DNA from: a virus
Virus record (IMG/VR): IMGVR_UViG_3300023109_001684
Length of the DNA: 64,000 bases
Strand: one strand, 5' to 3'
The notes beneath the pieces were generated by a model that worked only from the letters and a program-made list of their open reading frames with translations, had not been told where the DNA came from and searched no databases. Position numbers and translations under genes: made by a program. This document shows positions 1 through 11,300 of the stretch, one piece after another; positions within the stretch are counted from its first letter, which is position 1; every line of letters starts with the position of its first letter.

Positions 1-2691
1 ATGCTCGTATTCAAACAATGCTATACTATCTACTGTTCCACCGGAATCAGCAGTGTCTACAAAAGCTTGATTATTTCTATTCCATATTGTTGCTGTATCA
101 GGTATTTCTGTTGGATCGTTTCCGTCTGCAATTGACCCGTAATCACCATAAGAGTTGTTGCCGTTTGTAGCACGTATAATTCCGCCGTCTTCAGCAAAAT
201 ATCCTACAGCACAATAATATGTAAACACAGAAACAAGTTCTGCTCTGCCCCCATTGGTTATCCAAGCGCCAATACCGTCACTTAGTACTTGGGTAAAATC
301 GTTTGATGTCATAGACTTGTTGCCGCCGTTATGTAGGCTGCCGTCTACTTTTTTACCTACACAAGAACTGCCAATATTTGTTACGCCTTGGATATAAGGT
401 GATCTATTATTAATCCATACACGACTATCATCTGGTCCCCAACCTGGATCTAATGCAACAAATGCACCACCTGTTGGACGTTGGTATAAGTCAAATACAC
501 CTGGAGGATTAAGCGTTCCGACTAATCCTTTTAATGTACATTGTCTAATTCCTGTAGTATCTCTTACCCAAAATAGATCATCGTTTTGTGATCCGTTGGC
601 AGCATTTATATATCGTCTCGATGCAAGTAAAGTTGCATAGTTTCCGCTATATTTCAAATCTCTTGCAAGGCCTCTAAATATAGAATTTACATCTTCGTAC
701 ACTGTGTCTTTGTCTACAGTAAACCCTTCTTGTAGTAAGAACGCATAAATTTGTCCACTAATAAAAATAATGTTTTGGCTAATATTTTCGCCACCATTAA
801 CAAAATTAGTGTCTGCGTTTAATGTATTAGATCCGGTCATTACTGGACTAATTTCTCCAGTAAACACGTTAAATTCTACATTATTTTTATAGTCTGTAAA
901 TAATTCAACACATCGTTGTGCTACGTCTTCCGAACCAAAAGGACCATTTAAAACTTGTGTTTCGGTATTACCTGTTAATGGTGTGATTGGAACATTTAAT
1001 AATAAGTCAAGAATAAATGTTTCAGTAAATGTTAAATAATCTTGTACTTGGTTATAATTATCGTAGTAATCTTGTTTCCTAGGGTTTGCAACAATTGTAG
1101 TAGATCTTAATTCGTCTCCCATTATTGCACAACCTGCTGGAACTGTTATTGGACCAATTTCTTCGTAATAGCCTGTTGCTATTGATATTTTTACTGGATT
1201 GCCAGCTATAAAATTATCTTCAACAAATTCGGATGCATACTTAACTGTTTTAAATGGGCGCAAAGGAGTTCTACCGTAACCTGGTCTGTTTATTCCTTCG
1301 TTACTAACATATATAACATCGCTATCAGTTAAAAAGTTTCTCCAAAATAAATCTAAATCAGTAGTAACAGATAATGCTTGTCCTACTTCGTCGCCTAGTT
1401 TTAATCTAGTGTCTCCTACAGTACTACCGTCATCAGCACCTGTTCGTGATAACCCAAAAGTAAGCAAGTCGCCTTTGTCGTGTAATCCGCCTGGCTGTCC
1501 TGCTTGTACAAGTATATCCCAATAATCGTAGCCGCTTCCGTTATCGCCTGGAAAGTTTTCAGCAGTTGCTTGGTGTTCAAAATTACAAAAGTATGCAGTA
1601 CCTAGATGATATACTATTTCACCAACTGCATAATATCCTGTAGTACTCCATGGACCAACAAACTTTTTACCTGGTATAATTAGTTCGTATATTTCTGGGT
1701 CTTGCCAAACCAACGTACTATCGTCGCCGTCGTTAATATTAACATCTCTTAGAATTTGGTATAGATAGCCGCCTCGTACAACAATGTCACCTGTTTTGTA
1801 AGGAGATGTTATATCCCAGTCGCCTCTAAAATTATATGTTTTTGCAAGTACAATCCAATCTTGGGTACTGTCGCCACCTGATGTATAACCAGCTGTTACT
1901 CTGCTAGGGTCGCTATCGATATTGTTTGCAACGGCGTAGTACACATGTCCGCCATATCTAACAATATCACCTAAATTATATGCAGTTAAACTTGACCATT
2001 CACCGTCAAACTGTGTACCAGGAAATTCTAATGTAAACTTTGTATCATCAAGTTGCACAACACCCGAAGTATGAGTTTCTGTACAACGGAACACAGAAGC
2101 ACCATATCTTACAATATCATTTTTTCTATAAACGGTTTCAGTTATCCAAGAATTTCTATATTCGTCACCTACATGAAATTCTAACCAATCTGTTTGGTTG
2201 TCTTCTAAAGTAGCACTACCAATATGTGCTACTAGACATTTGTAAACATATCCGTTATACTTTACAAGAGCACCGTGTGCATATGTAGTATTAGGTGTCC
2301 AGTTAGAAACAAAACTAATGCTTTTAGTAAATACTTCCCAGTTTGCAATTTCAGTTGCAAAACTTTGCCCGTTATGTGCTTCAATACAAAGCCAAACAGT
2401 ACCGCCATTTAAAACAAGATCGCCCTTGTTATAATTTGTAGCAGTTACCCATTCGCCGATAAAACTTTTACTTACAGTCATTACGATCCATCTTGGATCT
2501 GGTTGCGGCGGAACACTATTAGGTATTGTAGCATTTAAGTCACTGCCAAAATCACCTGATGATGTGTGACCTTTAATACACACATACGATCTACCGTTTA
2601 TCCTTGCAATATCGTCTCGTTTATAATCTGAACTTGGAGCCCAATCTCCCTTCCAGTTATACTTAAATCTATCAATTTTAAATTCTGCCAT
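1..2691 (-). CDS. Large virion/tail-fibre-like protein, partial (runs off window start); N-terminal Trp/Tyr-rich CBM-like repeats followed by a pectin-lyase-like beta-helix region
   Basis: Not in ORF track because it is open-ended. ATG at 2691 gives MAEFKIDRFKYNWKGDW...; repeated W-x4-Y-x2-G/D-x-V-x-Y-G-x2-Y-x-C units; later region shares the IYVS..G / S-P-Y-I-Q motifs of the two neighbouring fibre paralogs. Confidence 0.75.
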   Translation of the reverse strand, partial: MAEFKIDRFKYNWKGDWAPSSDYKRDDIARINGRSYVCIKGHTSSGDFGSDLNATIPNSVPPQPDPRWIVMTVSKSFIGEWVTATNYNKGDLVLNGGTVWLCIEAHNGQSFATEIANWEVFTKSISFVSNWTPNTTYAHGALVKYNGYVYKCLVAHIGSATLEDNQTDWLEFHVGDEYRNSWITETVYRKNDIVRYGASVFRCTETHTSGVVQLDDTKFTLEFPGTQFDGEWSSLTAYNLGDIVRYGGHVYYAVANNIDSDPSRVTAGYTSGGDSTQDWIVLAKTYNFRGDWDITSPYKTGDIVVRGGYLYQILRDVNINDGDDSTLVWQDPEIYELIIPGKKFVGPWSTTGYYAVGEIVYHLGTAYFCNFEHQATAENFPGDNGSGYDYWDILVQAGQPGGLHDKGDLLTFGLSRTGADDGSTVGDTRLKLGDEVGQALSVTTDLDLFWRNFLTDSDVIYVSNEGINRPGYGRTPLRPFKTVKYASEFVEDNFIAGNPVKISIATGYYEEIGPITVPAGCAIMGDELRSTTIVANPRKQDYYDNYNQVQDYLTFTETFILDLLLNVPITPLTGNTETQVLNGPFGSEDVAQRCVELFTDYKNNVEFNVFTGEISPVMTGSNTLNADTNFVNGGENISQNIIFISGQIYAFLLQEGFTVDKDTVYEDVNSIFRGLARDLKYSGNYATLLASRRYINAANGSQNDDLFWVRDTTGIRQCTLKGLVGTLNPPGVFDLYQRPTGGAFVALDPGWGPDDSRVWINNRSPYIQGVTNIGSSCVGKKVDGSLHNGGNKSMTSNDFTQVLSDGIGAWITNGGRAELVSVFTYYCAVGYFAEDGGIIRATNGNNSYGDYGSIADGNDPTEIPDTATIWNRNNQAFVDTADSGGTVDSIALFEYEH

Positions 2692-2702
2692 TGGTCAAAC
2701 CT

Positions 2703-3134
2703 TTAATAATCTGTTGTACTGTTTGAAGTAATTACTTCGCTATCTTTGCCTTCGCCATAACCAGGCGAACTTATATTTTGTGGGAAATCATACCCTTCGG
2801 AAATACGTTGAACAAGAAATCCTGTATCTTGTTCTATGTAATATATTAAGCTTCTACCGTCCCATTTAAGTTGTGGATAACGTAAGTTTGGATATACAAC
2901 TGCACCATCTGTACCTACACCGTCTAAGAAATCAATACCTTCTTCAAAGTCTGGAAAGTTTTCTTCTTCAATACCTAAATCGTTAATAACAACAACATTT
3001 TCGTCGCCGCCTTGTAATTGGTCAACTCTAACTAAAAACAATTCGCCATCATCATTTCTACGTAAACCGTAAAAATATCTTTTGATAAATCCGTTTGCTA
3101 CTTGTTCTGGTGTATTCCCTATAAAATGACTCAT
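2703..3134 (-). CDS. Hypothetical protein in virion gene cluster (143 aa)
   Basis: ORF track; stop/start overlap (TAATG) with the upstream 109-aa gene. Confidence 0.7.
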   Translation of the reverse strand: MSHFIGNTPEQVANGFIKRYFYGLRRNDDGELFLVRVDQLQGGDENVVVINDLGIEEENFPDFEEGIDFLDGVGTDGAVVYPNLRYPQLKWDGRSLIYYIEQDTGFLVQRISEGYDFPQNISSPGYGEGKDSEVITSNSTTDY

Positions 3135-3463
3135 TATACAATCTCCGCAAAGCTGACGATAACGTCTACGCTATCGCTTACACTTGATTTTACTTGTAAT
3201 TTATTACTAGGTGCAAGTATCAATTTTTCACCTGTTGCTACTACACGTAGACTTGTGTTTGCAGGCAATAATGTTTCTTTCAAATAGTATCCAGTTACAC
3301 TACTGTCATCTTGCACTAGTACATCTACATAAACAAAACTTGTTGTTAAGTTTGTAATACTCATGCCAATTACCGTTGCTCGCTGTGTAACATCTGTTTC
3401 AAATATATCTACAGGTAAAACACCTATGTTTTTTATTACTTTGTTTTTTAAAATTGCTGCCAT
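3134..3463 (-). CDS. Small beta-rich virion protein (109 aa)
   Basis: ORF track; tightly packed in the fibre operon; pattern similar to the 126-aa protein at 13504-13884. Confidence 0.7.
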   Translation of the reverse strand: MAAILKNKVIKNIGVLPVDIFETDVTQRATVIGMSITNLTTSFVYVDVLVQDDSSVTGYYLKETLLPANTSLRVVATGEKLILAPSNKLQVKSSVSDSVDVIVSFAEIV

Positions 3464-3467
3464 GTTA

Positions 3468-6400
3468 TTATCCGAATATTAATACCTTTTCAATTGCAAG
3501 ATCCTCTGCGTCTGCTGGAGTTAGACCCCCTTGCGAACCTGCGACACTTACCCAGTTAACACCATCAAATACTTCAACCCTTTGGTCTTCAGTGTTAAAA
3601 CGAGTCATGCCTATTTCTCTATAACCAACGCCGGGTCTCTGAGGACTTGTACCTACCGGTAAAACTAATCCAAATGTTCCGTCAAATTTGACATAACCAT
3701 TATTAGTATTTTGGAATAATGTAATACTATCAGAAACTGTGTTTGTAATAGTATTATTTTTTATTCCAAAATTTTCAAATCTTACCGAACCAGTACCTTG
3801 GGCTGTTAATAATAAATCTGTATCTGCACTACTACTTATCTCATTGTTGTCTATGGTAATATTATCTACGGTTAATTTATTAACATTTAATCTATCTGAA
3901 TCTAAGTCAGCAACTAAAACATTTTGACTGTAAAAACGTATTACTCCGTCATTATCACCTTCGTTTAGTTCTGCAGTAATTTTAGTATCACCGTCTAAAT
4001 CTTCAACGCCTTGTAGTATTACCCAATTAGATCCATTGTATCCTTCATATCTCTGTAAAGAAGTATTGTATCTAATTTGTCCAGCTGCTAGTACTGCTGG
4101 TCTAGTACCTGTAGAACCTACTGGTATATTCAACGCACCAGTGGAATCAATTATTACATGTTCAGAACCAGGATCTAATATAATGTCATTAGTTGATGTT
4201 ATTGTACTATCAAATATTTCAAAATTATCTATTACTACATTACCAGTGCCACTTGTTTTTAGTTCTAAATTACTGTTTGAATTTGTTGTAGTAATATAAT
4301 TACTATCAATTAAAATATCACCTGTAGTAAATCTATTTGCAGTAATAGTCCCAGATGCATCAATATCTTCTACAAATAATGTGCTAACAATATTTAGATC
4401 GTTATTAATAACAACATTATTATTTGGTATTTCAATGACGCCTGTACCATTTGCACGTAAGTCTAAATTACTATTTGAAAGAGTAGTTTCTAAAACATTC
4501 CCTGCAATACGTATATTTTCAAATTGCATTGCACTAGTAATATTAACACCGCCGGAAACTGTAAGATTGCCTGTTAAATTATAATCGCCAGTCTGTGAAG
4601 TATTACCTACGTGTGTAGTTGTTCCTGTAATAGTTGTGTCTTGTAAATTAGTATCACCGTTTACAGTTAAGTTTTGTTCTAGTATAACATTATTACTAGG
4701 TACTACAACTTCACCAGTGCCATTAGCACGTAATTCTAAATCACTGTCTGTTTGAGTAGTAGTGATAAAGTTATCGTCAATTAATACATCGCCAGTAGTA
4801 AATTGATCAGATGTAACAACACCACTATTTACAATAGTTGTTGTTGTAAGTTGACCTGTAATTTGTGTGTTATTATTAACTACAAGATTATTACTAGGAA
4901 TAAGAATGTCGCCAGTGCCATTAGCACGTAATTCTAAATCAGCATTTGATGTAGTTGTAGTAATAAAGTTGTCGTCGATTAATATTTCTTCAAACTGCGC
5001 TGTGCCTGTAACATCTAAATTATTACCTACATTAACATTATTGTTAACAGTATATTCACCTGCTTGTGTAATGTCACCTGTAATTGCAACGTTACCAGTT
5101 AATGTTGTGTCGCCAAGTGTAGCATCGCCACTAACAAATAAGTTATTAGTAATTCTAACATCGTTATTAGGAATTAGTATATTACCAGTGCCGCTTGCAC
5201 GTAGTTCTAAATCTGAATTACTTTCAGTTGTAGTAATAAAATTATCTTCAATTAATATATTACCGTTAGTAAATTCTCCTAGTAATGTTAAATTACCAGT
5301 TTGTGTTGTATTACCAATTTGAATAACACTTCCGTTAATTGTAACATCATCTAAATCAGTACTACCGTTTACAGTTAAACTTTGTGATATTGTTGTGTCA
5401 TTATTAATAATAACACTACCTGTACCGCTTGTGCCTAATTCTAAATCACTATTAGAAAGTGTTGTTGTTATTGTATTACCGAGGATTTGTATATCATCTG
5501 ATTGGAATACTGTAGCATTTATTGTTTGTGATGCAGTAATGTTGTCAGCTGTAATATCACCGGTTACGTCTAAATTATTTGTAATTTCTACATCGTTGTT
5601 AGGTATTAAAACTTTTCCTGTGCCTGCTGCACGTAATTCTAAATCAGTGTTTGACGTAGTTGTAGTAATAAAGTTATCGTCAATTAATATTTCTTCAAAC
5701 TGTGCAGATCCTGTAACATCTACATCTTGTGTAACTGTTAAGTTGCCAGTAATACCTAAGTTACCAGTTTGTGTTGTATCGCCAACATGAGTAACTGTAC
5801 CTGAAATAGTAGTACCTTGTAAGTTAGTTGAGCCGCTTACAGTTAAGTCATTATCAATTTGTACATTATTATTAGGAATTAATATTTTGCCAGTGCCATT
5901 AGCACGTAACTCTAAATCAGCATTTGACGTAGTTGTAGTAATGAAGTTATCTTGTATCTCAATGTCGTCAATATTAGCTTGATCTACATATAAATTTCTC
6001 CAGCGTAAAGACGCAGTTCCTAATTTATACTGACTAGTTTCACTAGGAATCATGTCACTGTCAATGCCTGCAACAAATTGGATAGTATCGCTTGCTTCGT
6101 CACCGATTGTAATATTACCGCCTATTGTAACATTACCTGTGACATCTAAATTACCTGTTACATTTACATTATCTTGTAGATTTATTGTTCCGCTGTTTGC
6201 GTCAATATTTACATCACCGGCTAGTGTTTCTATAGTATTTCCACTAAGTCGATAATTGCCTATTTCAATTTTTTCACCATTTACAAAACTTGTATTTCCG
6301 TTTGTATTAAACGTTACACCGTCAGTAATATCAATGTTTAGACTGTTAAGTGCAAAGTTAACTGTACCGCTTTGTTGGTCTACAAAGAATAAATCGCCTA

Positions 6401-8201
6401 CTCTAAAGTCGCCGTCGTGGTCAACAGAGTTATATCTAATTTTAGAATCATTTAATTCTATTATTTCATTTGCTTGTATAACTGTGCCTGGATCATTAGT
6501 AACTTCTTTACCGTTACCAATGTATGCAAGATTGTGTCCAATAGCATAAACTAATACGCCTGGTCCGTCTCCTACTAATCCTTGATTACCGTAAACACTA
6601 GCTGAACCAATCATTCTAATTTCAGCACCAAAGTCTCTTACATCAAGATTTTCAATTGTTGTAGCAGTGCCGCTGCCGCTAAATGCAATAGTTGCTGGTG
6701 TAGTATCAAATCCAATTAGTCCAGTAACTTTACTATCTATAACAAGTATGTCACCACCTTCGACACTTTCAATTGTTAAAGGACCAACAACAGTTGAACT
6801 ATCAGTTGATGTAAATGTTACAGTTTGTGCTGCTGCTGGCGCAGTTCCAGATAAGCCACTTAATCTAATACGTGTTTTACCGTCGTTGTATTTTCCTGCT
6901 GTGCCGTCTAAGGCGTATACACCTTTATCAGCAAAGTATGAAAAAGAATTTAACCATTCTACTCTAACACCATTTGTTGCTACAAGTGCGTTAACATTCG
7001 GTGTAATAAACGTTACTGCGTGGAATAGACATGCTGCTTCTTTTGAGCTTGCGTTAACAACACTACCATCTAAGTATGCACCTGCACCTGCATCGCCTTG
7101 ATTAAAGCCTCTAGGATCTTCAGCTGTTAATACACTACCTTTTGTAATAACCGTTACGTTTCTTATGTATGGACTTCTGCTTGAAACAAGCATATTGTTT
7201 GCATATTTAAATGCATAGCCTGGGCTATAAAAATCTTTTATTGTTACATCTTCAACAGTTGTTTCACCGTTAAGTAAAAATGCATCATTTGTATTTGTAC
7301 CAGATGTAGGTGTAATTGTAACACTTCTTAATGAGTGACCCTTTACTGTTACTCCTACTGGAACAGTAAGTGGAAATATCTCTTCGTATGTTCCAGGGTA
7401 TAGATAAACTGTATCGCCGGCACTTGCAATACTAACTGCATAAGCTAGTGTTGCTACAGGGTCATTAGGGTGTGTACCAGTGTTTGTATCGTCACCGTTA
7501 GTAGATACATAGTATAAGTTACCTGGACGTAATCCAAGGTCAACACCGCCTACGTCTAAGTCTTGTGTGTCGATATTATCAACAACAAAACTGTTTACAT
7601 AGATGTTATCCCAACGCTTTGTAGGAGTACCTAGTGTATAAGTGTCAGTTGTGTCTGGTATAATGTGTGATGCTACGTCTGCATCAAAAGTTAGTGAATC
7701 TGTGTCTGCATCACCAAGTGTAATATTGCCGCCAATTGTAACATTACCACTTACGTCAACATCGCCGTTAACTTGTAAATCTGAATAAACTTCAACTTGA
7801 CCTGTGCCGTTTGGACGTAATTCAATGTTTGCGTTTGACTCATTAGTTTCAATAACATTGTCATAAAGTGATAGACTCTGAATGTCTAGTTGCCTTTGAT
7901 ATACAACTGTATCAGTACCTGTAGTTAATAAATTTAATGTGTTTGCACTAGAAATAGTATTGCCAGTAATAGTAATATCAGCAATATCTGCTTGTGTATC
8001 AACAAGTAAATTATTAGTTCGGGTTGTACCATTAATATGTAATTCGTGTGACGGAGTAACAGTTTTAATACCAATCTTATGATTAGCTGGATTACCGTTA
8101 GATACATCTAGGTATAAAAGATCCGTCTCAAAAGCTAAATCAATTCCATTACGAATTAAATTTGACTTTAAAAGCGGACCGGATATGCGACCAACAGCCA
8201 T
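3468..8201 (-). CDS. Long tail-fibre/adhesin-like protein (1577 aa) with beta-helix domain and DNFITTT-SN-DLELRA-GTG repeats
   Basis: ORF track; SD AGGAG upstream; many internal repeats; C-terminal PVG-x4-RP...G-x-RYN fibre motifs; paralog of 8348-12922. Confidence 0.75.
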   Translation of the reverse strand: MAVGRISGPLLKSNLIRNGIDLAFETDLLYLDVSNGNPANHKIGIKTVTPSHELHINGTTRTNNLLVDTQADIADITITGNTISSANTLNLLTTGTDTVVYQRQLDIQSLSLYDNVIETNESNANIELRPNGTGQVEVYSDLQVNGDVDVSGNVTIGGNITLGDADTDSLTFDADVASHIIPDTTDTYTLGTPTKRWDNIYVNSFVVDNIDTQDLDVGGVDLGLRPGNLYYVSTNGDDTNTGTHPNDPVATLAYAVSIASAGDTVYLYPGTYEEIFPLTVPVGVTVKGHSLRSVTITPTSGTNTNDAFLLNGETTVEDVTIKDFYSPGYAFKYANNMLVSSRSPYIRNVTVITKGSVLTAEDPRGFNQGDAGAGAYLDGSVVNASSKEAACLFHAVTFITPNVNALVATNGVRVEWLNSFSYFADKGVYALDGTAGKYNDGKTRIRLSGLSGTAPAAAQTVTFTSTDSSTVVGPLTIESVEGGDILVIDSKVTGLIGFDTTPATIAFSGSGTATTIENLDVRDFGAEIRMIGSASVYGNQGLVGDGPGVLVYAIGHNLAYIGNGKEVTNDPGTVIQANEIIELNDSKIRYNSVDHDGDFRVGDLFFVDQQSGTVNFALNSLNIDITDGVTFNTNGNTSFVNGEKIEIGNYRLSGNTIETLAGDVNIDANSGTINLQDNVNVTGNLDVTGNVTIGGNITIGDEASDTIQFVAGIDSDMIPSETSQYKLGTASLRWRNLYVDQANIDDIEIQDNFITTTTSNADLELRANGTGKILIPNNNVQIDNDLTVSGSTNLQGTTISGTVTHVGDTTQTGNLGITGNLTVTQDVDVTGSAQFEEILIDDNFITTTTSNTDLELRAAGTGKVLIPNNDVEITNNLDVTGDITADNITASQTINATVFQSDDIQILGNTITTTLSNSDLELGTSGTGSVIINNDTTISQSLTVNGSTDLDDVTINGSVIQIGNTTQTGNLTLLGEFTNGNILIEDNFITTTESNSDLELRASGTGNILIPNNDVRITNNLFVSGDATLGDTTLTGNVAITGDITQAGEYTVNNNVNVGNNLDVTGTAQFEEILIDDNFITTTTSNADLELRANGTGDILIPSNNLVVNNNTQITGQLTTTTIVNSGVVTSDQFTTGDVLIDDNFITTTQTDSDLELRANGTGEVVVPSNNVILEQNLTVNGDTNLQDTTITGTTTHVGNTSQTGDYNLTGNLTVSGGVNITSAMQFENIRIAGNVLETTLSNSNLDLRANGTGVIEIPNNNVVINNDLNIVSTLFVEDIDASGTITANRFTTGDILIDSNYITTTNSNSNLELKTSGTGNVVIDNFEIFDSTITSTNDIILDPGSEHVIIDSTGALNIPVGSTGTRPAVLAAGQIRYNTSLQRYEGYNGSNWVILQGVEDLDGDTKITAELNEGDNDGVIRFYSQNVLVADLDSDRLNVNKLTVDNITIDNNEISSSADTDLLLTAQGTGSVRFENFGIKNNTITNTVSDSITLFQNTNNGYVKFDGTFGLVLPVGTSPQRPGVGYREIGMTRFNTEDQRVEVFDGVNWVSVAGSQGGLTPADAEDLAIEKVLIFG

Positions 8202-8312
8202 CTCTTCTCCTTAACACGGGGATCCTGTCCCTCTAGCCTAAGTTTTCAGCTTTCGCTCTTTGCTGGCTAACCACAGTTTGACCCTGCAACATTAATGGTC
8301 GTATGCTGCATT
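8202..8312 (-). promoter_or_regulatory. Structured 5' leader (hairpin/pseudoknot) of the 1577-aa gene
   Basis: Minus strand: UGCAGCAU/AUGUUGCA stem with loop GACC complementary to downstream GGUC; UAGCC/GGCUA; GC-GAAA-GC; CUGU/ACAG; GC-richer than flanks. Confidence 0.55.
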
Positions 8313-8317
8313 AATAG

Positions 8318-8325
8318 TATTTATC
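8318..8325 (-). promoter_or_regulatory. T4-type late promoter (GATAAATA)
   Basis: Matches the T4 late -10 consensus TATAAATA; the same motif precedes most structural transcription units in this window. Confidence 0.65.
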
Positions 8326-8347
8326 GTATGTAGGAAATAAGTGGTGA

Positions 8348-11300
8348 TTACCCTAGAACTAGAGTCCAAAAATCAATAATTTCTTCAAACTCTGAAGCAT
8401 TAACATTATCAACAATACCCCTAGCTGCAATCCATTCTGTACCATTGTAAACTTCTTGGATTTCCAGTGCTGTATTCCAACGTATTTCACCTTGCTGCGG
8501 TGTTGCACCTTTGTTTGTTTCGTCACCTACTGGAGTAACTACACCTGTTGTTGAATTAATTTTTGTATATCCAAAGCCTGTTTGACCGATAACTAGACCT
8601 GTTGCTGATTCATTTAATATTATGTTATTATCAAACTTTAAGCCGTTTGGTATAGTAATACCTGTCCCTGGCGGAGATAACGTTAAATCATTTGCACCTG
8701 ATATTGCTATGTTGTTATTTCTAATAGATATTGCGTCGACGTCTAAACCAGTCATAGATAGCTCTGTAGACGTTAATGTCCCTACTAGACTGTTATTAAC
8801 ATTAAATTCTACAGTATTATTAGTTGTTGTTGATACGTTTGTTCGTGAATTTGCACTATACACACCGCCAAAGTATTGTAAATCTTGACTGAAGCCTTCA
8901 AATAGACCAAGTTGACTATTATAACGTATATCGCCTAAGTTTCCCGACGGTACTGGAGCAACTCCAGCATCTAATATTAAATCATTTGGTCCAAATATTG
9001 TGGTTGCATCACCACCGTCATAAACAGTTATTAGTATATCGTCAGCATCGCCGCCATCAATAATCTCATCTGCTAATCTTTGTATTCTTTGTGAAATATC
9101 TCCAACTGGTATTTGTAATGAACTATTTGATTGTATATCTATATTAGTTGTGTTAAGTATTATAGTACTATCTGTTGTTGATATTACGTTTTCGTTAAAT
9201 TTAATATTTTGTAACTCAACAAATCCTGTACCTGCTGCACGTAATTCTAAATTTGAATTAGAGTTTGATGTGGTAATTACGTTATCAAATAATTGCACAT
9301 CTGTTGCACTTACCATATTTTCTAAAGCAAATTCGTCATTAATAACAATGTCAGTTACTGTTATATCTCTTGCTGTTAAATTATTTGTTACATTAACATT
9401 ACTATCAAAATTTACAGTGCCGGTGCCATTAGATTCTAGACTTAGATTACTATTACTAAGAGTAGTAGTTAATACATTTCCATCAATAAGTATATCTTCA
9501 AATAGGAATGGTTGGTTTGTAATACTAAAATTACCACTTAAATTAATGTCGCCTGTTAAATTTAAATTACCAGTTTGATTATTATCCCCAACATACGTAA
9601 TTGTACCTGTAATAGTTGTGTCTTGTAAATCAGTATCGCCATTTACAGTTAAGTTTTGATTTATAATAGTGTTTTCTTGAGAAACTACATTTCCAGTAGC
9701 ACGTAATTCTAAATTACTATTTGACAATTCTGTAGTAATAAAATTGTCGTCTATTGTTATATTATTATCAGTTGTAGAAAATTTATTAGAAGTAATAATT
9801 TGAGAATTAACAATATTATTAGTATCCATACTAGGCGAGGACATAGTGTTTGGTATTACTGTATTTTCAGTAAACAATATATCGCCAGTGCCGTTTGCAC
9901 GTAATTCTAAATCAGCATTTGATGTAGTTGTAGTAATAAAGTTATCGTCAATTAGTATTTCTTCAAGTTGTGCGTTACCTGTAACATCTAAATTTCCTGT
10001 AACATTAAAATCTTCAGTAATAGTTAAATTACCATCTTGAATATTACCTTGTAAAGTTACGTCACCGTTAATTTGCAAGAAGCCGTTATATTGTAAAACT
10101 CCTCCTACAGTTAAATTATTAGATATTGTAACAGTGTCGTCAGTGTCAATTAAAATATCACCAGTGCCATTTGCACGTAATTCTAAATCCGAATTACTTT
10201 CAGTTGTAGTAATAAAATTATCTTCAATATACAAATTAGAATTACTAAATTCTCCTGCAAGAGTATAATTTCCAGTTTGTGTTTTATTTCCAGTTTGTGT
10301 AATATTTCCGTTAACCGTTACATTGTCAATATCAGTAGTGCCATTAACTATTACATTATTTTGTACAATAGTATCCGCACTTATATTTGTAACATTCATT
10401 AACCGAAGATAATCATTACCAACTGAAGGCTTATGTGTTATTTTATTGCCTTGTATAACCACATTAGTTATATTTGCAGTATCAAACCTAACATTATCAG
10501 TTACAGTAATTATACTGTTTGGTGCAGACAAATCACTCAGTGATAAATTATTATTAATTTGTACTTGTTCGCTTGTATTAATAGTACCAGTGCCGGCAGC
10601 ACGTAACTCTAAATCAGCATTTAACGTAGTTGTAGTAATTACGTTTCCGTCAACTAATATTTCTTCAAGTTGTACTTGAGATCCTGAAACTAAATTTCCA
10701 TCTAAATTAAGATTAGTAATACTAATATTGCCTGTAGTATTTTTATCACCTACGAGCTGTATATTTCCAGTTACATCTAAAGATTGTAAATCAGTGTCGC
10801 CACTTACAGTTAAGTTATTATCAACTTGTACATTGTTATTAGGAATAAGAATGTCGCCAGTGCCGTTAGCACGTAAATCTAAGTCAGCATTGCTTGAATC
10901 AGTTGTAATAAAATTATCTTCAATATGTATGTCGTCTATTTGTGCTTCAGTAAGCCAAATGCCGTTCCACTTTTTATTTAAAGATCCTAAATCATAAGAA
11001 CTTGTAATATTAGGATTAATATCTTGATCAAAATTAACATTAAATTTTAATGTATCAGATGCTTGATTACCCATTAAGTTTAACTGCCCGTCGAACGTTA
11101 GGTCTCCGGTAATGTCTACATCGCCAGTTACATTTGTATTATCTAGTAGATTAATATCTCCGCCAAATGCATCTACATTTATATCACCAATTACAGAAGA
11201 TATTGTATTTTGATTGAATAATAAATTACCTGTACTTACTTCTTCGCCGTCAATTATAGTTACGTTGCCGTTTGTCGTTGCACGTAGCCTACCAAAGCCT

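Noticed and set aside
4900-10950. Repeated blocks considered as a diversity-generating retroelement TR/VR pair or a CRISPR array
   Set aside because: Repeats are in-frame protein repeats, differences are not adenine-specific, spacing is irregular, and no reverse transcriptase or cas gene is in the window.
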